From Candidatus Tayloriibacteriota bacterium (GTDB lineage Bacteria; Patescibacteriota; Minisyncoccia; Phycocordibacterales; PALSA-1337), in contig PLXZ01000004.1 of assembly GCA_003151615.1 (NCBI GenBank), positions 46,118-110,117 of the forward strand: 64,000 nucleotides of DNA, read 5' to 3'. The position numbers and the translations under genes were made by a program. A model generated the notes under the pieces. That model made no database searches, was not told the origin of the DNA, and was given only the letters and a program-made list of their open reading frames with translations. Position 1 is the stretch's first letter; each line of letters starts with the position of its first letter. This document shows, piece by piece, positions 57,051 to 64,000 of the stretch.

Positions 57051-57992
57051 ATGAAATCGATACTCATCATAATTGATTATTTTGGAAAATGGCCGGAATG
57101 GATGCCGATTTTTTTGGCTAGTTGCGAAGCCAATCCTACCGTTAATTGGCTTATCCATACTGATTGTTCCATACCGGAGAAACATCCGGAAAATGTCTCT
57201 TTTTCCGCGATAAGCCTGTCTGATTATTATCGTCGCGTCAGTCGTATCCTCGGAATAAACTTTAATCCGCCAAATACTTACAAACTGTGCGATCTGGAGC
57301 CCTTTTATGGGATTCTTTATTCAAAAGAAATCAAAAGATTTGACTATTATGGTTACGGAGATATTGATGTCGTGTATGGCAATATACGCCATTTTTATAC
57401 CGATGAAGTGTTGCGACATAACGTGGTCAGCACTCATGACTATTTTGTATCTGGACATCTCGCTCTTTTCAAAAATATCAGGAGGACAAGAAAGGCCTTT
57501 CGATTGCTTCCAAAATGGAAGGAGAGGCTGGAAGATCCTAACTATGTGAGTTTGAATGAATTCGGGCTGACGGAGATCTTTAAAAGACCGGAGATAGTAT
57601 CAAGAGAAACCAGGAACAGGATGCCTTTAATGTCTGTTTGTTTCGAACTATGGTTTGATCTTACTCGTCTCAGGCACGCTCTGTGTTGGCGCAACAATTA
57701 TTTAGTCGAGCAATACACTACTCCGTTCATCCATATAACATGGCATGATGGCACGATGAATCATCCTGATACATGGTATTGGCAAAATGGCAGATTGACC
57801 AACGGCAAAGACGGGGACAGGGAGTTTATCTACTTACATTTCATGAACTTCAAATATCCGCGATACATGCATCCCGTTTTTGGCACCGTGGCACCGTGGA
57901 AAAATTTGCCTAGATTGCTGAACTTTGATCCAAAAGACAGAGGTACTGGACGCATACGGATAGACAAAAAAGGATTCCATCTTGAAAAGTGA
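57051..57992 (+). CDS. DUF6625-like putative glycosyltransferase
   Basis: YFGKWP, YKLCDL.P.YG, GYGDIDVVYG, YLHF. Confidence 0.7.
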   Translation: MKSILIIIDYFGKWPEWMPIFLASCEANPTVNWLIHTDCSIPEKHPENVSFSAISLSDYYRRVSRILGINFNPPNTYKLCDLEPFYGILYSKEIKRFDYYGYGDIDVVYGNIRHFYTDEVLRHNVVSTHDYFVSGHLALFKNIRRTRKAFRLLPKWKERLEDPNYVSLNEFGLTEIFKRPEIVSRETRNRMPLMSVCFELWFDLTRLRHALCWRNNYLVEQYTTPFIHITWHDGTMNHPDTWYWQNGRLTNGKDGDREFIYLHFMNFKYPRYMHPVFGTVAPWKNLPRLLNFDPKDRGTGRIRIDKKGFHLEK

Positions 57993-57998
57993 CGCCTA

Positions 57999-59036
57999 TC
58001 ACTTCAGAGTCGGTAATTCAGAAATAGCCGAACGTATGTCCTCAAGAGCTTTTTCCTCATCCCAAGTGAAGCTGGAATTCCTGCCGTCCCAATAGATAGT
58101 ATCGTAAGTGCATCTATATCCTTCACGACGCGCCAGAGCAGAGAGCGCTTTTCTAAGCTCGGCGAGTGAGCGAGCTTTACCTGAGTGTTTCAGTACATAT
58201 TTCCGAGGTGAAAACCTGTCGCGATGCTGATCGATCCACATGATGGTGTCGGCAAGGCCGCGTGGCGTAGGCGGGAACAGCATACCCGTCCGTTCGTTGA
58301 CATGTTTCTTTACGGTAGGACTTGCGTCAGCCGCGACAAGGAATGGTATGTCCGCCGCGAGGCATTCCATCTTGAAACGGTTAACGCCTTCATCATTGCT
58401 CGTCAGTATGCCCATGCGGCATTTATTGATAATCATATTGATATCTTCCGGGTTCGAAGGGGCATCCTCGTTACGGATCGATTTTGAGAAGGGAAATTCG
58501 ATGGAGGCACCAAGAGAGCCATCGAGGGCGATTATGTCCGATCGCAGCTGCTGTTGTTTTTGAGCTTCTTTGTCGTTCGTACTATTCCAGAAATGGCCGA
58601 ATTTCATGAATGAGCGATCCGGGCATAGCGCGGCGGCCCGCACGAAGAGTTCGTGGCGTTTGAACGGTTGCCATGCGGATATCTGTAGTGCGGCGTATGG
58701 TTTAGCGATGCCGAGAGGTCTGAACTCATCAGTGTCGACAAAGTCTGCATCGGCGATGGCAAGGCATATAATTTTAGGAAAGAGCTTCTGTGCCAGTTCC
58801 AGTTCCTGCGGATTGTCGATGAGTTTTATGTGGGGGGTGATCTGATTGCTTATCCCGCTCCAGCCGCGCCATTCGATCAGGAAGAAGTACTTTTTTAGTT
58901 CAGGTATCTTGGCGCAGGCGTAATCGCATCGGCTTAGAAGGAGGACTCCTTTTTCTATTTTACCCTCGCCGCGCGTGGCCGGTTTTTGTAATATAGTCGA
59001 CGCAAAAAAGGAAGTCTCTTTATCCATATAAGACAT
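57999..59036 (-). CDS. GT-B glycosyltransferase (GT4-like)
   Basis: VD...FRP, FKRHEL, S..EG..R..MECLA.DIP. Confidence 0.7.
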   Translation of the reverse strand: MSYMDKETSFFASTILQKPATRGEGKIEKGVLLLSRCDYACAKIPELKKYFFLIEWRGWSGISNQITPHIKLIDNPQELELAQKLFPKIICLAIADADFVDTDEFRPLGIAKPYAALQISAWQPFKRHELFVRAAALCPDRSFMKFGHFWNSTNDKEAQKQQQLRSDIIALDGSLGASIEFPFSKSIRNEDAPSNPEDINMIINKCRMGILTSNDEGVNRFKMECLAADIPFLVAADASPTVKKHVNERTGMLFPPTPRGLADTIMWIDQHRDRFSPRKYVLKHSGKARSLAELRKALSALARREGYRCTYDTIYWDGRNSSFTWDEEKALEDIRSAISELPTLK

Positions 59037-59063
59037 ATGATATCATATGTTCTACCTATAACC

Positions 59064-60074
59064 ATGCCTATACACAAGAAAAATCTTTTAGTTACGCTCT
59101 CCGACGCATCGCATATTGAACAGGCAAAACAGCTGTTCTCATCGGTCTATTGGAATGCGGGTTGGAAAGGCGATTATCTACTGCTCGCTAATGAAGTGCC
59201 TGAATCAGAGCTTGCATGGTTTCGTGCTAAAGATATTTTTGTATATGAGTGTCAGACGCTTGTTCGAGATTATGTCGGACGCCAGAAGCATCCACCAGTC
59301 GTCGTGAGCAAACTATATCTGTTTACTCAATTTTTCAAGCAATGGGACACGATTGTCTTTCTTGATAGCGATATCATCGTGCGTTCATCGCTTGAAGCGT
59401 TGACAGATATCCGTGGATTCGCCGCCCCTGATGCGACCGGCATCGATCTTGGGGGAGAGTTCTACCCTAGTGACAGAAAATTATTTCAAGAGCTAAAGTC
59501 AGCCTTTGCTTTATCCGGTCCGGCGTTCAATACGGGAGTATTTGTTTTTAGTACGGATATCATTGAAGGCGATACGTTTGATCGTCTAATGCGCTTGTTT
59601 GATCGTTTTGGAACCTTGAATGCGTGTGGTGAAGAAGGCACGCTCAATTTATTCCTGAAAGAAAGACGCCAGGAGTTGCCTATCGCTTACAATATGTATC
59701 CTATGTACGCTGAAACCGTTTTAGGGGTCAAACAAGATAAGTTTGAGGCTATCATTGTTCATTTCGCCACGACTGTTAAACCATGGAGCGAAAAAAGTTC
59801 CTTTTACCGCGAATGGGCAGATACTCTTTCAAAAGCGGACAGAATTGATCTCAGTAGGCGGGTAGAATCTCGTGAAATATGGAGCCCTGAGAGAATAAAG
59901 AATCATGCACGCGCGATCCGACGTTCCGGAAAATATCCTAGAGGAATAATATATAAAACTCGTCTCGCGCTAGATAGGTGGGTTGGTCTTGCGGGTATAG
60001 TCATAAGGAAAGTGTCGCCTGGTGTTTATCACTTTCTACAACCTCATGCTCCATGTCTTCGTCCGCGCCCATGA
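59064..60074 (+). CDS. Glycosyltransferase family 8
   Basis: FLDSDIIV, FNTGVFV, LN, HFA...KPW. Confidence 0.88.
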   Translation: MPIHKKNLLVTLSDASHIEQAKQLFSSVYWNAGWKGDYLLLANEVPESELAWFRAKDIFVYECQTLVRDYVGRQKHPPVVVSKLYLFTQFFKQWDTIVFLDSDIIVRSSLEALTDIRGFAAPDATGIDLGGEFYPSDRKLFQELKSAFALSGPAFNTGVFVFSTDIIEGDTFDRLMRLFDRFGTLNACGEEGTLNLFLKERRQELPIAYNMYPMYAETVLGVKQDKFEAIIVHFATTVKPWSEKSSFYREWADTLSKADRIDLSRRVESREIWSPERIKNHARAIRRSGKYPRGIIYKTRLALDRWVGLAGIVIRKVSPGVYHFLQPHAPCLRPRP

Positions 60075-61221
60075 TTCGGTGTGGTGCCGACGCGAATTGC
60101 TCGAAATTTATGTTTCCTTTTATAATGGCCTGTATTTTTTTTGTAAATACAAAAACATCGAATCCTTTGGCTTGTTTCTGACAATTTTCTTTATAAAAAC
60201 GGCGCCGTTCGGTGTTTTTTAGTTCTGCGGCGAGTTTTTTCACCGTAACAGCAAGCTTTACCTCGTCTATATCATCGATCAGTACGCCCATCTTGTCATT
60301 GACGACGGTTTCCCGATAGCCGCCCTCGTTCGGAGCGATGACTGGTTTTCCGGAAGCCATTGCTTCCACCGCGGTCATGCCGAAATCTTCGTCATAGGAT
60401 GTGGTTATGAATCCCGTACAATTCGCATAGAGCTCGCGGAGCTCTTCTTGGGAGACCCAATGCCGGAGCTCGACGTTGGCGGGTTTGACGCTCTCGATGT
60501 ATCGTTTGTAGCTCTCGAATTGACCGGCTCCTTTCTCATAACTCCCCACGATGACGAGCCGTGCGTCGGGCATCATCGAGAAAGCTTTGGCCTGGATGTC
60601 TATCCTCTTGTGATCGAGCAGGCGATTGACGGATAGCCAGTATCTGCCGTCTTTCTCGCATGAGTATTTTTTCGTATCGACGGGGGGATGGATGACGGCG
60701 GCGCTTGTTCCATAATAGCGGAGTATCCTTTTCTTTGAATTCTCCGAGTTGCATGTCCAAGTGCTGACATGACGCGCGTAACGCAGAGTCAGCATGCGAT
60801 TGAACCTGACCCATAGCTCGAAAATCGGATGTTTCCAGGCCGATACCATCTTTTTTCCGACGAAATCCTTGAAAGCCCAAAGCTCATTCAGTGGTCCATG
60901 AACGTACCAAAAGTTCGGCTTATTATTGACCGCGGCGGACATGGCCCAGTCGCCCGATATGACGTAAAAATCATATTGACAGCCCAGATTCAGGCGTCTG
61001 AACCTCCAAAATGCCAACTGATGCCTGAATGGGGCGCGTATCGGTACGCGACCAATAGAATGTATGCGCGGCAAGACGTCGATGAATCCGACACTTTCGA
61101 TTTTTTCTGCATCGAAGTTTGTCGTATACAGGTCCGCGTCTAGTTCTCGCGCGAGGGTGAGCGACACGATCTCTGCTCCTCCGATATTGTCCATAAAATT
61201 GTGGAGTACGGCGATTTTCAT
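60001..61221 (-). CDS. Glycosyltransferase family 4
   Basis: GGAE, IHPPVD, KRID, EDFGMTAVEAMASGKPVI. Confidence 0.93.
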   Translation of the reverse strand: MKIAVLHNFMDNIGGAEIVSLTLARELDADLYTTNFDAEKIESVGFIDVLPRIHSIGRVPIRAPFRHQLAFWRFRRLNLGCQYDFYVISGDWAMSAAVNNKPNFWYVHGPLNELWAFKDFVGKKMVSAWKHPIFELWVRFNRMLTLRYARHVSTWTCNSENSKKRILRYYGTSAAVIHPPVDTKKYSCEKDGRYWLSVNRLLDHKRIDIQAKAFSMMPDARLVIVGSYEKGAGQFESYKRYIESVKPANVELRHWVSQEELRELYANCTGFITTSYDEDFGMTAVEAMASGKPVIAPNEGGYRETVVNDKMGVLIDDIDEVKLAVTVKKLAAELKNTERRRFYKENCQKQAKGFDVFVFTKKIQAIIKGNINFEQFASAPHRIMGADEDMEHEVVESDKHQATLSL

Positions 61222-62393
61222 TATTTTTCTCTAATACCCAGGATGGACAGCATGAAGGCCGAGAAGAACGTCTGGACGCCGATGACGACGGCGGTCAGGG
61301 CCACGACGGAATTTTTGATTTGGTCGAGTGAGCCGAAGCCCGAGCGGATCCAGAGGACAAAGATGGCTATGTAGACACTGCCGCCGAGAAGGGCAAGGAT
61401 AATGCCGGCAAGTGCCGCTTTTTCCAGGGTGACGATTTTAAAAAGCCGCTCGAAGGCGGGGCTTTTCTCGTCGAGCCGGGTGACGGCGTAGATTTTTGAA
61501 AAGAACGAAAAAATGACCAGTTCGTAGCCGACGATGATGAATATGGCCGACAGGAACATAGGGTGGACGAAGAATTGAATACCAAAGACAGTCGGCGAGC
61601 TGAGATACAGGATAGCCATTATGATCGCGCCGATGACGATGAGGCCGAGGCCCGGCAGGAGAAAGAGGTAGAGCGGGGAATAGAGCAGGATAAAGCGAAG
61701 ATGCCTCCAGCCGTCGGCGAATGAACGCAGTTTCGATTCGCCAAGCCGTTTTTTATACGCAATCGGAATTTCGGCCATACGGACGCCGCGCTTCGCCGCT
61801 TTCGCAATCATTTCCGACGCGAATTCCATGCCGGTTGCGTGTGGCGCGATTATTTCGATGGCGGTGCGTGTGACCGCGCGCATGCCGCAATGAATGTCGT
61901 GAATCCGAACGCCGAAGCACATTCTGACGAGCCACGACAATACCGGATTGCCGATATATTGATGGTGCCACGGCATTGCCGATTTTTCAATGGCCGCGCC
62001 GGCATCTTCGTCACTGGCGTTAAAACGATTGCCGACGACCAGTCCGTAGCCTTCCTTCAGTCGGGCAATGAATTTTGGCAGGTCGCGAAAATCGTAAGTT
62101 CCGTCGAGGTCGGCCATGAATAGATATTCGCCGCGGCTCGTTTCGATTCCTTTCAAATATGCCGAGCCGTAGCCTCGCCGCGGTTCGCACACGGGGATCA
62201 ATTCCGGGAATGTTTTTTGCATGTCCTTCAGGATTTTCGCTGAATTATCGGTCGAAGCGTTGTCGACGACGATGACTTCATAGTCGGAATGCGTGCCCCG
62301 CATCGTTTCCCGTATTTGGTTCATGCAATATACAATCGAGGCTTCTTCGTTTAGGCAGGGGAGGATTATGCTGATTATGCTATTATTCTTCAT
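61221..62393 (-). CDS. Glycosyltransferase family 2 (polyprenol-phosphate glycosyltransferase-like) with C-terminal TMs
   Basis: PCLNEE, VDNASTD, RGYGSAY, MADLDGTY, SKL..F.DGWRH. Confidence 0.92.
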   Translation of the reverse strand: MKNNSIISIILPCLNEEASIVYCMNQIRETMRGTHSDYEVIVVDNASTDNSAKILKDMQKTFPELIPVCEPRRGYGSAYLKGIETSRGEYLFMADLDGTYDFRDLPKFIARLKEGYGLVVGNRFNASDEDAGAAIEKSAMPWHHQYIGNPVLSWLVRMCFGVRIHDIHCGMRAVTRTAIEIIAPHATGMEFASEMIAKAAKRGVRMAEIPIAYKKRLGESKLRSFADGWRHLRFILLYSPLYLFLLPGLGLIVIGAIIMAILYLSSPTVFGIQFFVHPMFLSAIFIIVGYELVIFSFFSKIYAVTRLDEKSPAFERLFKIVTLEKAALAGIILALLGGSVYIAIFVLWIRSGFGSLDQIKNSVVALTAVVIGVQTFFSAFMLSILGIREK

Positions 62394-64000
62394 ATGATTG
62401 AATGTCTGACGGGCGCATGTCTTTTATTTATTCCTTTCTGTCTTGTATTGTGTTTCAAAAAAAAACGTTTCGGCGTTGCCTGTGTTTTTATTGGGGTGGT
62501 TTTGTTTCATCTATGCCTCGCTCTTGCCCTGCAAGCCGCCGGCATTTTTTCATACGCGTCGGTCGTGGTCTGCAACGCCGTAGCGTCCGCGATTGCCGTC
62601 GCCGTCTGCGTCAGATTTCACGCCGGATTTCATGCCAACCACGGTGCCATTTCCAAACAATTTCCAAAAATAAACTGGTTTGTCTTGGCCGCTTTCGCAA
62701 TCGTTTTTTATGAACTTTTTTCCGTTCATTATTTTTACACCGGCATCATCGTCACCGACAACGGCGAACATGCCGTAGTCCACGCGTCGTACCAGTATCC
62801 CTATTTTTCGGACGAATATTCCGGCGTGGCGCTCACCGCGTATTCTATCAGAAACCATTCTCTACCACTAGCCGATCCGCTTCACGGGGATACCCCTTCG
62901 GCCGACTTTCTTGTCTGTTTTTTTTCCGTCACCGCTGAATTATTTTTACTTCTCGGCGTCAGTCCTTTGGCCGGGTATGTCCCGTTCGCGATTGTCTCCG
63001 GATTGACGCTTTGTTTTTTGGCGTATCTTTTTCTGCGCAGTCGAAACGTCGATTCGTTTTCGGCGTCTTGCGCGGTCTTGGCGTTGCCTTTCATTGTGAA
63101 TGCCGGAAATCTTCCCGGTATCTGGTCATTGCTTCCGTTTATCGGGGGGCTCATTGTATTCATGGACGCACTTGTAATTTTGTCCGAATGTGAAGTAAAG
63201 AGCGGGGAATCGAAATCGAATCTTTTGTGTTTCGCCGGTTTTTTCGTCTCTTGCGCCGTTTCCGTCGCGCTCTATCCGCCGATAATTGTCTTTGTCGTAC
63301 CGGTGCTGTTGTGCATGTTCGTCGGATTCCGCTTGTCGCGAAATCGCCGGATGTTCCTGGCTATTGCCGGCCTTCTGGCGGTCATCGCTGTCGGCATTTG
63401 TGTCGTGCTCGCGCTGACGGGAACACTTTCGTTGGCGTTCTCGTTCAGCATGAGAAACAATCTGGTCGGCGGAATTCCTTCGTTCCCGATATGGATTGTC
63501 GTGCCATGGTTTGTGTTGCCGTTCGCCGCGCTCGGCGTATGGGGCTGTCTCAAAAATAAAATGTATCCGTTTGTTTCGGCTATTGCCGTAGGGATGGCAT
63601 ATTGGATCGCGTACGCCTATACAACCGAAGTATTAATCATCGATTATCCGAGAATTGTCGTCGTCACGTCTTTTTTGACTGTTTTGCTTGCCGGATTCGG
63701 TCTTGGTTTTCTCGTCAAAAAAATACCTCCCGCCGCTTCCGCCCGTTGGATGATACCGCTTCAAATTGCGGTATGTCTGGTTTTTGCGGTGATGGCGATT
63801 TCGTACCCTTTGGAATCATGGGCGAAGTTTGTCCTGCGGTCCCAAACTCCGGAGGGCCTCGTTGTCACCGCTCCGGCGCCTCCCGTCGACGATTATTTGA
63901 CGGGTGAGGACCTCCGTCTTTTTTCGGGAATTGAGAGCCAACGTTTCATTTCGTCGCCATGGAAAGGCCTCGTCATCGGCGCGGCGACCCATAATTATCC
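62394..64000 (+). CDS. Multi-pass membrane protein, possibly GT-C-like; runs off the window end
   Basis: Manual frame MIECLTGACLLFIPF...YPYFSDEY...WKGLVIGAATHNY; spot-checked at both ends; absent from the ORF track, consistent with no stop in the window. Confidence 0.7.
   Translation, partial: MIECLTGACLLFIPFCLVLCFKKKRFGVACVFIGVVLFHLCLALALQAAGIFSYASVVVCNAVASAIAVAVCVRFHAGFHANHGAISKQFPKINWFVLAAFAIVFYELFSVHYFYTGIIVTDNGEHAVVHASYQYPYFSDEYSGVALTAYSIRNHSLPLADPLHGDTPSADFLVCFFSVTAELFLLLGVSPLAGYVPFAIVSGLTLCFLAYLFLRSRNVDSFSASCAVLALPFIVNAGNLPGIWSLLPFIGGLIVFMDALVILSECEVKSGESKSNLLCFAGFFVSCAVSVALYPPIIVFVVPVLLCMFVGFRLSRNRRMFLAIAGLLAVIAVGICVVLALTGTLSLAFSFSMRNNLVGGIPSFPIWIVVPWFVLPFAALGVWGCLKNKMYPFVSAIAVGMAYWIAYAYTTEVLIIDYPRIVVVTSFLTVLLAGFGLGFLVKKIPPAASARWMIPLQIAVCLVFAVMAISYPLESWAKFVLRSQTPEGLVVTAPAPPVDDYLTGEDLRLFSGIESQRFISSPWKGLVIGAATHNY

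Noticed and set aside
62402-62713. Phase-variable frameshift at the A9 tract (62457-62465)
   Set aside because: The frame starting at ATG 62394 reads through the tract in frame as a coherent membrane protein; the listed 103-aa ORF is a different frame.

Overview
This looks like a gene-dense window from a small-genome bacterium, most consistent with Patescibacteria/CPR (Parcubacteria-like). That assignment is an inference from the short IF2, the VirB2/TrbC-like pilin array, the many leaderless starts and the tRNAs mostly lacking encoded CCA. Core genes: lepA, ftsB, tsaD, trxB, ftsZ, ftsA, ybeY, lepB, pth, rpsA, gmk, gyrA, rbfA, infB, iscS and clpB, plus 9 tRNAs. Accessory blocks: an NDP-heptose cluster, a TrmB-coaE-coaD/HD block, pilins and a wzm/wzt glycosyltransferase locus. 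The main discovery is a candidate ComQXPA-analogous peptide signalling system at 27.8-32 kb. It has an OmpR-type regulator, an unannotated 32-aa peptide ending ...EFAPWND, a polytopic histidine kinase and a fused class II terpene cyclase/class I prenyltransferase-fold enzyme. An identical 15-mer (TTTATCAAAATTTTA), inside four 11-bp-periodic repeats, begins exactly 49 nt upstream of a -10 box at three promoters. These drive the peptide operon, a DedA-PAP2 gene and a 70-nt non-canonical tRNA-like RNA at 40.4 kb. The central arm of that RNA is perfectly complementary over 17 nt to the 5' end of an adjacent, separately promoted small RNA. Other oddities: a free-standing LAGLIDADG gene abutting a codon-shifted lepA 5' end, two copies of a covarying structured intergenic element, a catalytically degenerate HisRS paralogue and a frameshifted type IV pilin. 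All calls were made by eye; no database searches were run.
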